DNA of 64,000 bases from contig WQTX01000006.1 of the NCBI GenBank assembly GCA_009786075.1, positions 99 to 64,098 of the forward strand. Reading direction: 5' to 3'. The position numbers and the translations under genes are program-made. This DNA is from Bacteroidota bacterium (GTDB taxonomy: Bacteria; Bacteroidota; Bacteroidia; Bacteroidales; UBA1715). Shown in pieces: positions 38,934-48,943 of the stretch (position 1 is its first letter; each line of letters begins with the position of its first letter). The notes below the pieces were generated by a model. That model was not told the DNA's origin and did not search any database. It worked only from the letters and a program-made list of their open reading frames with translations.

Positions 38934-40118
38934 ATGAAAAAATCAGTCCTTATTTTAGCAGCAATTGCACTATGTTTAAGTGCATGTAAAAAGAAAGAAG
39001 TTCCGGAAGGACACATGGAGCATCAAGGGGTGTTTTACCCTAATCCGGTACCGGTGCCGTTTGATTCCGGCGATGGAAAAATTACCTACATTGAGGTGCT
39101 TGGCGCAAATTTGCAGGCAAATGCCACTCCCAGTGGCGGCGCATTGTATAGCGGAAAAACCGAAGGAGGTGTGTCTAACGGCATACGGTATTGTTATAAT
39201 AATTTAGATAGGAATTGCGATAAATACGGCTCATTGTATTCAATGGAAACTGCGTTGAACGCTAATTGGGGAACGCTGCTGAAAAATGCGGAAGCAAACA
39301 TGAACGATAAAAATAACAACGGCGTGTGGGATTTTATTGATGAAATTTCCAATCCTTCGTATATCAACGATTTAAGTCTGTCGAAATCGGCTGCTGCTGC
39401 AAAAGAATTTATGACTTTGCTTACCGAAGCAACCAAACCCAATACACCGGCACCATCGGTACAAGGAGTTATGCAAGAGGCTATTAATAGAGTAATAGCC
39501 GAGGCATTGCAGGAGGTATTGGCGGAAAACGATACTTATGTTGATGTAACACGTATTCAAGAAGTGATAAATCGAAAAGTTGAATCTGTTATTATTTATT
39601 CAGCTATTGAATACGATTGGTCAACCAACAAGCAATTAGATGCAATAGCAACTAAGGTTGCAACCAGTGTAGCCAATGCGGTGAGTGCGCAAATTGCGAA
39701 TGAGGCTTTGGCACAAATGAAAAAAGAAGCAGCAAGCAGCAATAATGTACAAGGTTTGTGTCCAGATGGTTTTCACGTACCGAGTGATTTTGATTGGATG
39801 ATATTTGAAATGGCTCTTGGCATGCCGGCTATTGATGCCATGCAATCGGGAATTGAAGTAACCAACAGAGGTGCCAAAGATAAAGTAGTTGAAAAAATGG
39901 TAAGCACACATGGCTTTGCATACGGCGGTTATATGACGGCGGAAAATGAGCTTTTTACAAGCAATAACGAAGCAGGAGTTTTCATATCGTCAAGCGTAGG
40001 CGTTGACGAAAATGGCTATTATATGTGGGTTCGCCAAATCGCCAAAAAATACACGGGCGTGGTGCGTTACAAGCATTATGAGTTGTCGGGATTGAGTATT
40101 CGGTGTTTTAAGAATTAA
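38934..40118 (+). CDS. Lipoprotein with Fibrobacter succinogenes major paralogous (FISUMP) domain
   Basis: Lipobox LSAC; CY.N...NCDKYGSLY, QGLCPDGFHVPSD.DW, GLSIRCFKN. Confidence 0.8.
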   Translation: MKKSVLILAAIALCLSACKKKEVPEGHMEHQGVFYPNPVPVPFDSGDGKITYIEVLGANLQANATPSGGALYSGKTEGGVSNGIRYCYNNLDRNCDKYGSLYSMETALNANWGTLLKNAEANMNDKNNNGVWDFIDEISNPSYINDLSLSKSAAAAKEFMTLLTEATKPNTPAPSVQGVMQEAINRVIAEALQEVLAENDTYVDVTRIQEVINRKVESVIIYSAIEYDWSTNKQLDAIATKVATSVANAVSAQIANEALAQMKKEAASSNNVQGLCPDGFHVPSDFDWMIFEMALGMPAIDAMQSGIEVTNRGAKDKVVEKMVSTHGFAYGGYMTAENELFTSNNEAGVFISSSVGVDENGYYMWVRQIAKKYTGVVRYKHYELSGLSIRCFKN

Positions 40119-40120
40119 GA

Positions 40121-40237
40121 AGCCCCTCCCGACCTCCCCTCAAGGGGAGGAGCAAAGAAATAGAAAAATCGTAAACCAGAGTTGATGAAAGTAAATCACG
40201 ACTTCAAAAAGTCCCCCTTGAGGGGGATTAGGGGGCT
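40121..40237. repeat. Palindromic element filling the spacer up to the radC ATG
   Basis: AGCCCCTCCCGACCTCCCCTCAAGGGGAGG ... AAGTCCCCCTTGAGGGGGATTAGGGGGCT. Confidence 0.82.
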
Positions 40238-40918
40238 ATGTTACCAATAAAAGAATGGGCGCAAGAAGACCGTCCGCGAGAAAAATTTTTGCTCAAAGGT
40301 ATTGGTGCTTTGTCGAATGCCGAATTGATAGCAATTTTACTTGCTACCGGTAGCCGTGAAGAATCGGCGGTTGATATTGCAAAACGAATTTTACATCAGG
40401 CAAATAATAATCTTGCCGAATTTTCGGAGTTTTCGATTGCCGATTTGAAAAAAATAAAAGGCATAGGCGAAGCAAAAGCAATAACACTGCTTGCTGCAAT
40501 AGAATTAGGTCGCCGTCGAAATGCTGCCGAAGCAGAGCAACTGCCCGCAATACGAGCAAGTAAGCATATTTTCGACCGTATGCACCCACTGTTAGCCGAC
40601 TTAAAACACGAAGAATTTCATGTATTGTACCTTAACCGGGCACATCAATTAATAGCAAGCAAACGTTTGAGCACCGGTGGCACAGCCGGAACGATAGTTG
40701 ATGTAAAATTAATAGGCAAGTATGCTATGGAATATCTTGCATCGGTATTGGTTTTGGTGCATAATCACCCGTCGGGCGCAGTGCAGCCGAGCGAAGAAGA
40801 TAAAGCAATTACGCAAAAAATAAAACAGATAGCAAGTTTTGTTGATTGCACGCTTATAGACCACGTAATTGTTGCTAAAAATGATTATTTCAGTTTTGCT
40901 GACGAGAATATGTTGTAG
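40238..40918 (+). CDS. radC: RadC (JAB-domain) protein
   Basis: DRPREK, LSNAELIAILL.TG, KGIGEAKA, HNHPSG...S..D, LIDHVI. Confidence 0.93.
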   Translation: MLPIKEWAQEDRPREKFLLKGIGALSNAELIAILLATGSREESAVDIAKRILHQANNNLAEFSEFSIADLKKIKGIGEAKAITLLAAIELGRRRNAAEAEQLPAIRASKHIFDRMHPLLADLKHEEFHVLYLNRAHQLIASKRLSTGGTAGTIVDVKLIGKYAMEYLASVLVLVHNHPSGAVQPSEEDKAITQKIKQIASFVDCTLIDHVIVAKNDYFSFADENML

Positions 40919-41050
40919 TTAATAGTTAAATCCGCCTATTTAACAAAAGAAGAATAGAAAAAATATAAACAAATAATTTACAATTAATAATTAATAATTA
41001 ATAATTAATATGTATTTTTGCCCTCTGTTTTTATTCAGGTACAATATATT

Positions 41051-42988
41051 ATGATACAAATAACTTTTCCCGATAATAGCATAAAAGAATTTGAAAAAGG
41101 AAGTACTCCGTTGCAAATAGCCGAAAGTATTAGTCCGCAATTGGCTCGTGATATTGTTGCTGCTACGGTTAATTCCGAGGCTTGGGACGTTACCCGTCCG
41201 ATTACTGAAAACGCTACACTTCAATTGCACAAATTCGATAACAAAGAGGGCAAACACGCATTTTGGCATTCATCGGCTCACCTTATGGCAGAGGCGTTGC
41301 AAGAATTGTATCCGGATATAAAATTCGGAATTGGTCCGGCTATTGAAAATGGTTTTTACTACGATGTTGATGCCGGCGACCGTGTGATTGCTGAAAAAGA
41401 TTTGGTGGCAATTGAAAATAAAATGCTTGAACTTGCTCGCGCGAAACAAGAATTTGAACGCAAAGATGTGAGCAAACAAGAGGCTTTGGATTATTTTTCA
41501 GCGAAAGATGAAATATATAAAGTTGAGTTAATCAACGATTTGGAAGACGGAACGATTACTTACTATACACAAGGTAATTTTACCGATTTGTGTCGAGGTC
41601 CGCATTTGGCAAATACCGAAGTTATAAAAGCGGTAAAATTGCTCAACATTGCCGGCGCTTACTGGCGTGGCGACGAAAAACGCAAACAATTAACTCGTAT
41701 TTATGGTATTTCGTTCCCAAAAAAGAAAATGCTCGACGAATATTTGGAATTGCTTGAACAGGCAAAATTGCGCGACCACCGGAAAATAGGCAAAGAAATG
41801 GAATTGTTTATGTTCTCGCAACGAGTTGGTCAAGGTTTGCCAATGTGGTTGCCCAAAGGTACACTTTTACGTGAGCGTTTGGAGCAGTTTTTGAAAAACG
41901 TGCAACGCAAACACGGCTATCAGCAAGTAATGACACCGCACATTGGGCAAAAGGAACTCTATGTAACTTCGGGGCATTATGCAAAATACGGCAAAGATTC
42001 ATTTCAACCGATTCATACACCGGCAGAGGGCGAAGAATTTTTGTTGAAACCTATGAATTGTCCGCATCACTGCGAAATTTATAAATTTAAACCACGTTCA
42101 TACAAAGATTTGCCTTTGCGTTTGGCTGAATTTGGAACAGTGTATCGCTACGAACAAAGCGGCGAATTGCACGGATTAACTCGTGTGCGGGGATTTACAC
42201 AAGACGATGCGCACATTTTCTGTACACCCGAACAATTGAAAGAGGAATTTTGCAAGGTAATTGATATTATTTTCCACATTTTCAAAGCATTAGATTTCAA
42301 AGAATTTGAAGCGCAAGTTTCGTTGCGTGATAAATCGAACACCGAAAAATATATAGGTAGCGATGAAAATTGGGAAAAAGCTGAACGAGCAATTATTGAG
42401 GCTGCAGCCGAAAAAGGTTTAGAAACCGTAGTAGAATACGGCGAAGCAGCATTTTACGGTCCAAAATTGGACTTTATGATAAAAGATGCAATCGGTCGCC
42501 GTTGGCAGTTGGGAACTATTCAAGTAGATTACAATTTGCCCGAACGATTTGATTTAGAGTATGTTGGCGCTGATGACCAACGTCATCGCCCGGTAATGAT
42601 ACACCGTGCGCCTTTTGGTTCAATGGAACGATTTGTGGCAGTTTTGATAGAACACACCGGCGGGAAATTCCCGTTGTGGCTCACTCCCGAACAGGCAGTT
42701 GTGATACCTGTGAGTGAAAAATATAACGATTATGCAAAAAAAGTTTTGAATTTACTAAATAATTCCGATATTCGCACCCTCGTAGATGAACGAAACGAAA
42801 AAGTGGGTAAAAAGATACGCGACAACGAGTTGAAACGTATTCCATACCTTATAATTGTTGGCGAAAACGAAGCAAACGATGGAACAATTTCGGTGCGTAA
42901 ACAAGGCGAAGGCGATAAAGGCGTGATGAAAACGGAAGATTTTATAGCGCAATTTTCGCAAGAAGTACAAGAAATGATGAATGTATAA
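41051..42988 (+). CDS. thrS: Threonine-tRNA ligase
   Basis: [50 protein letters not shown]. Confidence 0.98.
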   Translation: MIQITFPDNSIKEFEKGSTPLQIAESISPQLARDIVAATVNSEAWDVTRPITENATLQLHKFDNKEGKHAFWHSSAHLMAEALQELYPDIKFGIGPAIENGFYYDVDAGDRVIAEKDLVAIENKMLELARAKQEFERKDVSKQEALDYFSAKDEIYKVELINDLEDGTITYYTQGNFTDLCRGPHLANTEVIKAVKLLNIAGAYWRGDEKRKQLTRIYGISFPKKKMLDEYLELLEQAKLRDHRKIGKEMELFMFSQRVGQGLPMWLPKGTLLRERLEQFLKNVQRKHGYQQVMTPHIGQKELYVTSGHYAKYGKDSFQPIHTPAEGEEFLLKPMNCPHHCEIYKFKPRSYKDLPLRLAEFGTVYRYEQSGELHGLTRVRGFTQDDAHIFCTPEQLKEEFCKVIDIIFHIFKALDFKEFEAQVSLRDKSNTEKYIGSDENWEKAERAIIEAAAEKGLETVVEYGEAAFYGPKLDFMIKDAIGRRWQLGTIQVDYNLPERFDLEYVGADDQRHRPVMIHRAPFGSMERFVAVLIEHTGGKFPLWLTPEQAVVIPVSEKYNDYAKKVLNLLNNSDIRTLVDERNEKVGKKIRDNELKRIPYLIIVGENEANDGTISVRKQGEGDKGVMKTEDFIAQFSQEVQEMMNV

Positions 42989-43015
42989 CAACAAAAACCA
43001 ATATAAAAGTCCAAT

Positions 43016-43543
43016 ATGGCAGATGATTTAGCAAAAAATTTTAGAACAAATCAAGGTATTCGTGCCCGTGAGGTGCGATTGGTGGGCGAAAACGTACCGC
43101 AAGGCGTGTTTTCAATAACCGAAGCATTGCGCATAGCCGACGAAAAAGAATTAGACCTTGTAGAAGTTTCGCCCAATGCAGACCCGCCTGTGTGCCGGGT
43201 GGTTGATTTTCAGAAATTCTTGTACGACCAAAAAAAGAAACAAAAAGAAATAAAAGCAAAATCGGTAAAAGTTGTGGTTAAAGAGGTACGTTTCGGACCA
43301 AATACCGACGAACACGACTACCAGTTTAAGTTGAAACACGCTCAAAAATTTATTGAGGAAGGTGCAAAAATAAAAGCATACGTGTTTTTCAAGGGACGTT
43401 CGATTTTGTATAAAGAACAAGGCGAACAGGTGTTGAAACGATTTATTACCGACTTGGAAGATGTTGCAAAAGTTGACCAAGAACCTCGTTTGGAAGGAAA
43501 ACGTATGATAATTATGTTGAGCCCGATACCGAAAAAGAAATAA
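43016..43543 (+). CDS. infC: Translation initiation factor IF-3
   Basis: [37 protein letters not shown]. Confidence 0.97.
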   Translation: MADDLAKNFRTNQGIRAREVRLVGENVPQGVFSITEALRIADEKELDLVEVSPNADPPVCRVVDFQKFLYDQKKKQKEIKAKSVKVVVKEVRFGPNTDEHDYQFKLKHAQKFIEEGAKIKAYVFFKGRSILYKEQGEQVLKRFITDLEDVAKVDQEPRLEGKRMIIMLSPIPKKK

Positions 43544-43545
43544 TG

Positions 43546-43590
43546 CTTCGACTACGCTCAGCAACCGCACTTCGACAAGCTCAGCGACCG
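43546..43590. repeat. Tandem pair of CTTCGAC..GCTCAGC.ACCG REP-like units
   Basis: CTTCGACTACGCTCAGCAACCG and CTTCGACAAGCTCAGCGACCG, 24-nt period. Confidence 0.75.
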
Positions 43591-43641
43591 AAATAAAAAA
43601 AGAAATTCAAAATAATGTTTAACTATAAAAAGTGAATTAAA

Positions 43642-43836
43642 ATGCCTAAAATGAAAACTAATTCCAGCGCGAAAAAACGTTTTACGATTACCGGCTCTGG
43701 AAAAATCAAGCGAAAAAAAGCGTTTAAACGTCACATTTTAACAAAGAAAGAGACCAAACAAAAACGTAATCTTGGTCATGCTGCAATTGTTGATGCGTCC
43801 GACGTGAAAAATGTGAAACACATGCTTGTAATGTAA
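43642..43836 (+). CDS. rpmI: 50S ribosomal protein L35
   Basis: [14 protein letters not shown]...HILTKK. Confidence 0.97.
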   Translation: MPKMKTNSSAKKRFTITGSGKIKRKKAFKRHILTKKETKQKRNLGHAAIVDASDVKNVKHMLVM

Positions 43837-43944
43837 TTGAGAAATTACAAAAAAATCAGTAAAAAAAGTTATAAACACAATGACCGAGCCCACTAAGAAT
43901 TGACACGAAGTTAATCGCTCATCATTAAAAAACAGTTAGAAATT

Positions 43945-44292
43945 ATGCCAAGAGCAGTAAACAACGTGGCGTCGAGAGCACGCCGAAAAAAAATCATGAA
44001 ACAGACCAAAGGATACTTTGGCGACAGAAAAAATGTGTACACAGTTGCAAAAAATGCCTTAGAAAAAGGTTTATTGTATGCGTACCGCGACCGTAAAAAC
44101 AAAAAACGTAATTTCCGTGCACTTTGGATTCAACGTATCAACGCCGAAGTTCGCAAATATGGAATGAATTATTCTCAATTTATGGGAGCAGTGATAAAAG
44201 CTGACATAAAATTAAATAGAAAAGTACTTGCCGACTTAGCCATGAACCACCAAGATACGTTCAAAGCTATTGTGATGGCGGTTAAAAAATAG
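43945..44292 (+). CDS. rplT: 50S ribosomal protein L20
   Basis: [33 protein letters not shown]. Confidence 0.98.
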   Translation: MPRAVNNVASRARRKKIMKQTKGYFGDRKNVYTVAKNALEKGLLYAYRDRKNKKRNFRALWIQRINAEVRKYGMNYSQFMGAVIKADIKLNRKVLADLAMNHQDTFKAIVMAVKK

Positions 44293-44310
44293 AAAATCCA
44301 ATTTATAGGA

Positions 44311-44344
44311 AAAGAGCGAAGAAAATTTTCTTCGCTCTTTTTTT
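44311..44344 (+). terminator. Intrinsic terminator after rplT
   Basis: AAAGAGCGAAGAAA-AT-TTTCTTCGCTCTTT followed by a T run. Confidence 0.85.
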
Positions 44345-44366
44345 GCAAAATATTATTCGCCATAGC

Positions 44367-44464
44367 ACCCCTAAATCCCCTAAAGGGGACTTTTGCTCAG
44401 TGCAAGTGCTGTTGTTCGGGTCTATTTCGTTGTCCGCAAAGCCCCCTTTAGGGGGTTGGGGGGT
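44367..44464. mobile_element. ~98-bp MITE-like element, inverted copy of 26099-26195
   Basis: Reverse complement aligns along the whole length with few substitutions. Confidence 0.75.
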
Positions 44465-45098
44465 ATTCCTCCTCAAAAAAATCAACCTCGCCGGTGTGAA
44501 TATTATAATACGCTCCCACAATTTGTATTTCGTCCGCAATCTCCATTTCATGTAAAATCGAACTTTCTTTGCGAATTTTTTCGACCATCAATTGTACATG
44601 GAGTTTGCTTACGGCATCGGTAAATGCCTCGTTTTGTGTTGAAATTTCGCCGTCGAAATTAGTTTGCACTTGCAATACCGCCGGCTGAATTTTTGAAAGC
44701 ATTTGTGTAACATTGCCCATAGTTATATTGGCAATTGCCGATTTTATGGCGTAGCAACCACCGTGCCCGAGCACCAGCACCAATTTTGCTCCCGATATTT
44801 TGCAGGCAAATTCCATACTTCCCAGCACGTCGTCGTTCACAACATTGCCGGCAACCCGCAACACAAACACATCGCCAATTGCCCGGTGAAACACATCTTC
44901 AACCGGAATGCGGGCATCTAAGCACGACAATATAACCGCTTGGGGAAATACGCCAAAAGCCGCATTTTGAATGAGTTCCGAATTGTTGCGCACCGTAAGT
45001 TGGTTGTGCACAAATTCACGATTGCCTCGTTTTAAAATTTCAATTACTTGCGCCGGAGTAAGGCGGCATTGTTCTTCTTTTGATAATAGTCGGTGCAT
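44448..45098 (-). CDS. Beta-class carbonic anhydrase
   Basis: LSCLDAR (C-x-D-x-R), RVAGN, LGHGGC (H-x-x-C). Confidence 0.92.
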   Translation of the reverse strand: MHRLLSKEEQCRLTPAQVIEILKRGNREFVHNQLTVRNNSELIQNAAFGVFPQAVILSCLDARIPVEDVFHRAIGDVFVLRVAGNVVNDDVLGSMEFACKISGAKLVLVLGHGGCYAIKSAIANITMGNVTQMLSKIQPAVLQVQTNFDGEISTQNEAFTDAVSKLHVQLMVEKIRKESSILHEMEIADEIQIVGAYYNIHTGEVDFFEEEYPPTP

Positions 45099-45235
45099 GG
45101 TTGAATAACTGAATAATTGAATAACGGAGTAACTGAATTTATTTCTGCGAAAATAACAAAATTTGTGGAGAATAATTGGTTTTTGATTTTCAATGTTTTA
45201 TTTTTGTGGAATTACTAATCATAAAATTTTATATC

Positions 45236-46471
45236 ATGAAAAAATCAACAATTTTAACAACAATCGTAGCCATCGCCGCAAGCGTAGTATTTGTAGCATG
45301 TAACAAATCCGGCGACCCCGACACTTTTATATCGAAAGATGTATTGAGCGGCTATGCGCAAAAAGGTCCTTTTATTAGTGGCTCTTCGGTAACAATTTCG
45401 GAATTAAACCCTAAATTGAGCCAAACCGGTAAAACCTTTTCTACTACAATTGCCAACAATAGCGGTAATTTTGAAAAACGTGATATTGAAGCAGTTTTAC
45501 GCTATGTGGAACTGAAAGTTGACGGCTATTATTTCAATGAAGTATTGGGCGAAACGTCTTCGGGAGCATTAACATTGTATGCTTTAGCCGATATTAAAGA
45601 TGCCAATTCGGTAAACGTAAACGTGCTTACTCATTTAGAAAAACCTCGTGTGGAATATTTGGTAAAACAAGGGAAAAATTTTGCCGCAGCAAAACAACAA
45701 GCACAACGTGAAGTGCTTGCCATATTTGGTTTTGAAAATTCTGAAAATTCTTCGGAAACATTGGATTTAACCAATAATGCAGCCTTATTGGCAATTTCTT
45801 GTATTTTGCAAGGCTATTTAAGCACCGGCGATATGATGAATTTAATGGCAAACATTAGTGCCGATATTAAAGAAGACGGTACTTTGGACAATTCAGCATT
45901 AGGCGAAAAATTGACTAATAATGCCTACGCTGTTTCTCTTGCTTTGGCAGACATTCGCAGTAATATAACTGCCAAATACGCCGAGTTGGGTAGCAATGTA
46001 ACCATACCCGATTTTGAAAGTTATGTATTGTCATTTGTAAGCAATGGAACGTATTCGCCAACATCTCTTATAAAATATCCGGCAAACACTTCGTATGGCA
46101 ACAATATATTGTCAAATGCTGTTACTTCCGTAAACGATAGCGGTATTTACAGTATGGCTGCCGATGTTCCGAAAGGAATGAGTTTGAAAATTGTATTAAA
46201 AGGTGGAATATGGTATTATGAGGCACTACCTTCCGGTCCAATCAATTGGAGTATAACTCAATATGACTTCAGCAATCGACGCCAGGAATTTACTGTAACA
46301 GAAAACGGAAAGCCTTGTGATTTGAAATTTATCATACATAGCAGTGAAAATACTCAGCCATATATTACAATTGAATATTATGAAAACGGAGCTTCTACGC
46401 CAACAAAAGTTAAAAATCTGCTTATAGAAGGTTATAATTCTGTACCAATTGATAATGATACATTAAGATAA
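45236..46471 (+). CDS. Lipoprotein with QKGPF N-terminal domain
   Basis: Lipobox FVAC; GYAQKGPFISGSSV, GYYFNEV.G, NVNVLTHLE; start moved to ATG 45236. Confidence 0.72.
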   Translation: MKKSTILTTIVAIAASVVFVACNKSGDPDTFISKDVLSGYAQKGPFISGSSVTISELNPKLSQTGKTFSTTIANNSGNFEKRDIEAVLRYVELKVDGYYFNEVLGETSSGALTLYALADIKDANSVNVNVLTHLEKPRVEYLVKQGKNFAAAKQQAQREVLAIFGFENSENSSETLDLTNNAALLAISCILQGYLSTGDMMNLMANISADIKEDGTLDNSALGEKLTNNAYAVSLALADIRSNITAKYAELGSNVTIPDFESYVLSFVSNGTYSPTSLIKYPANTSYGNNILSNAVTSVNDSGIYSMAADVPKGMSLKIVLKGGIWYYEALPSGPINWSITQYDFSNRRQEFTVTENGKPCDLKFIIHSSENTQPYITIEYYENGASTPTKVKNLLIEGYNSVPIDNDTLR

Positions 46472-46494
46472 GAAAGACAAATTATTCATTTCTT

Positions 46495-46540
46495 TAATCC
46501 CTCAAATAAAATTGTAAAATTCGTTTGAGGGATTATTTTT
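46495..46540 (+). terminator. Intrinsic terminator between convergent genes
   Basis: TAATCCCTCAAA...TTTGAGGGATTA followed by a T run. Confidence 0.6.
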
Positions 46541-46590
46541 GTATGCATTCTAAACTCTAATCCCTATACTCTAAACTCTATTCACTAAAC

Positions 46591-48126
46591 CTACCCCGCC
46601 CAACTTTCCCTATCCAAACTACGATACTGAATAGCTTCGGAAATGTGGTGTGCTTCAATGTTTTCGCTACCGTCCAAATCGGCAATGGTGCGCGAAACTT
46701 TTATAATTCTATCGTAGGCGCGCGCCGAAAGACCGAGTTTTTCCATAGCCTGTTTCAAAATGCTTGAACATTCGCTATTGAGTTCGCAGTAAGTTTGCAG
46801 CATTTTTGTGTCCATTTGCGCATTGCAGTAAATTGCGGAATTTTCAAAACGCTGCTGTTGCACTTCGCGCCCACGAATAATTCTCTCACGAATTTCGGCG
46901 CTTGTTTCGGCAGTTTTTTTGCGTGTGAGTTCTTCAAACGGCACGGGAATTACCTCAATATGAATATCTATGCGGTCGAGCAGGGGACCTGAAATACGGT
47001 TTAAATATTTTTGCACCACACCGCTGCTGCACACGCAATCTTTTTCGGGGTGGTTGTAGTAACCGCACGGGCACGGGTTCATCGAAGCTATGAGCATAAA
47101 ACTTGCGGGGTAATCAACGCTAAACCGCGCACGTGAAATATTGATTTTTCTATCTTCCAACGGTTGGCGCATTACTTCGAGCACGGTGCGTTTAAATTCG
47201 GGCAATTCGTCTAAAAAAAGTACGCCATTGTGCGCAAGCGAAATTTCGCCCGGCTGCGGAAACGAACCGCCGCCAACCAAAGCAACATCGCTCACGGTGT
47301 GGTGCGGCGAACGAAATGGTCGTTGTGTCATCAACGAAACTTGCGTGCCCAATTTGCCTGCTACTGAGTGAATTTTGGTAGTTTCCAAAGCCTCGTGCAG
47401 TGTGAGCGGCGGCAGAATTGAGGCTATTCGTTTAGCAAGCATGGTTTTTCCTGCTCCGGGAGGACCTATCATTATAATATTGTGTCCACCGGCAGCGGCA
47501 ATTTCGAGCGCGCGTTTCACATTTTCCTGCCCTTTTACATCGGCAAAATCAAATTGCGATTCGTTTATATGATTGAAAAATTCTTCACGAGTGTTCACAA
47601 CCGTTTTTTCCAATTGTGCTGTGCCGTTGAAAAAATCAATCACTTCACGCATGCTTTCCACGCCGTACACGTCTAAATTATTGACCACAGCAGCTTCGCG
47701 GGCATTTTCTTTGGGCAAAATAAAACCGGTAAAACCATGTTTGCGAGCCTCGATAGCCATAGAAAGCGCGCCTTTTATGCTGTGCACGCCGCCGTCGAGC
47801 GACAGTTCGCCCATTATCAAGTATTTATCAATATTTTCGTAACGCATTTGTTCCGATGCTGCCATAACTCCCATGGCAATGGTTAAATCGTAAGCCGTGC
47901 CTTCTTTGCGAATATCGGCAGGTGCCATATTGATAGTAATTTTTTTACCGGGCAGTTTATAGCCCACGCTTCGCAACGCCGATTCTATGCGCTGCTGACT
48001 TTCTTTTACGGCATTGTCGGGCAAACCGACGATAAAAAAATTGAACCCCGTTACAACATCGGTTTCTACGGTTATTATGCGAGCGTCTATGCCATTTACG
48101 GCGCCGCCAAATGCTTTTACGAGCAT
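46591..48126 (-). CDS. comM: YifB/ComM Mg-chelatase-like AAA+ ATPase
   Basis: VGLPDNAVKES, GPPGAGKT, PFRSPHH, LFLDELPEF, NPCPCGY, SGPLLDRID. Confidence 0.93.
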   Translation of the reverse strand: MLVKAFGGAVNGIDARIITVETDVVTGFNFFIVGLPDNAVKESQQRIESALRSVGYKLPGKKITINMAPADIRKEGTAYDLTIAMGVMAASEQMRYENIDKYLIMGELSLDGGVHSIKGALSMAIEARKHGFTGFILPKENAREAAVVNNLDVYGVESMREVIDFFNGTAQLEKTVVNTREEFFNHINESQFDFADVKGQENVKRALEIAAAGGHNIIMIGPPGAGKTMLAKRIASILPPLTLHEALETTKIHSVAGKLGTQVSLMTQRPFRSPHHTVSDVALVGGGSFPQPGEISLAHNGVLFLDELPEFKRTVLEVMRQPLEDRKINISRARFSVDYPASFMLIASMNPCPCGYYNHPEKDCVCSSGVVQKYLNRISGPLLDRIDIHIEVIPVPFEELTRKKTAETSAEIRERIIRGREVQQQRFENSAIYCNAQMDTKMLQTYCELNSECSSILKQAMEKLGLSARAYDRIIKVSRTIADLDGSENIEAHHISEAIQYRSLDRESWAG

Positions 48127-48144
48127 ATTTTTTAGTGATTAAAA

Positions 48145-48180
48145 AGCCCCTCCCCAACCCTCCCCTCAAGGGAGGGAGCT
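48145..48180. repeat. Single-arm copy of the AGCCCCTCCC palindromic element
   Basis: AGCCCCTCCCCAACCCTCCCCTCAAGGGAGGGAGC, matches 40121-40153. Confidence 0.75.
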
Positions 48181-48226
48181 TGGAACTGTGGTTATTTATT
48201 AATTCTTGTGTCTAAAAGTCTCATAT

Positions 48227-48793
48227 CTAAAATTCCTGTTCTATACGTTGAATAAGAGTGTGAATGATTTTTATGTGAATTTCCTGTATTCTATCGGCAT
48301 AGCCTTGGTGCGGCACACAAATAGAATAATCGGCTTTTCCGAGCAATTCGCCGCCCGATTTTCCGGTAAGTGCAATTGTGATAACACCATGATTTTTAGC
48401 TTCTTCTATCGCTCGCAGTATATTTTGTGAATTGCCCGATGTGCTGATTGCCAGCAAAATATCACCTGGTTTTGCTACGGCTTGAATGAAACGGGCGAAC
48501 ACTTCGTCGTAACCAAAATCATTGGCAACGCACGAAATAAACGATGAATCGGAAATTGCAATAGCAGGCAAACCTTTGCGGGTTTCTCGAAATCTGCCGG
48601 TTAATTCTTCGGCAAAGTGCATGGCGTCGGTCATGGAGCCGCCGTTGCCGCAACTGTAAATGCAATGTCCGGTGCGTATTGCCGCAATCATACATTGGGC
48701 AATTTCCTCCAAATCGTTGTAAATATTGGGAATTGCCATAAAATTGCACAACACGCTGTGTGCTTCGGAGAATTCTTTTTCAAATATGGTCAT
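48227..48793 (-). CDS. gmhA: D-sedoheptulose 7-phosphate isomerase
   Basis: CGNGGS..DAMHFAEEL, NDFGY, ISTSGNS.N, RIQEIH. Confidence 0.94.
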   Translation of the reverse strand: MTIFEKEFSEAHSVLCNFMAIPNIYNDLEEIAQCMIAAIRTGHCIYSCGNGGSMTDAMHFAEELTGRFRETRKGLPAIAISDSSFISCVANDFGYDEVFARFIQAVAKPGDILLAISTSGNSQNILRAIEEAKNHGVITIALTGKSGGELLGKADYSICVPHQGYADRIQEIHIKIIHTLIQRIEQEF

Positions 48794-48943
48794 ATATTAG
48801 GGGTTAGGATTGTAATGTGCCAATTAAATAATATGCCAATGTGCCAATAAAGTAATGTGGCAATTACATATTTTTTATCTGTATCTAATTTTTTAATTGA
48901 CATATTGTAAATTGTCTTATTATCTCATTGTCGTATTGGCATA

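Noticed and set aside
38934-40118. FISUMP gene as a diversity-generating retroelement target
   Set aside because: No reverse transcriptase and no template repeat differing at adenines was seen in the window.
43016-43018. infC starting with ATG rather than ATT
   Set aside because: I cannot show this is unusual for Bacteroidales, so it is not claimed as a finding.
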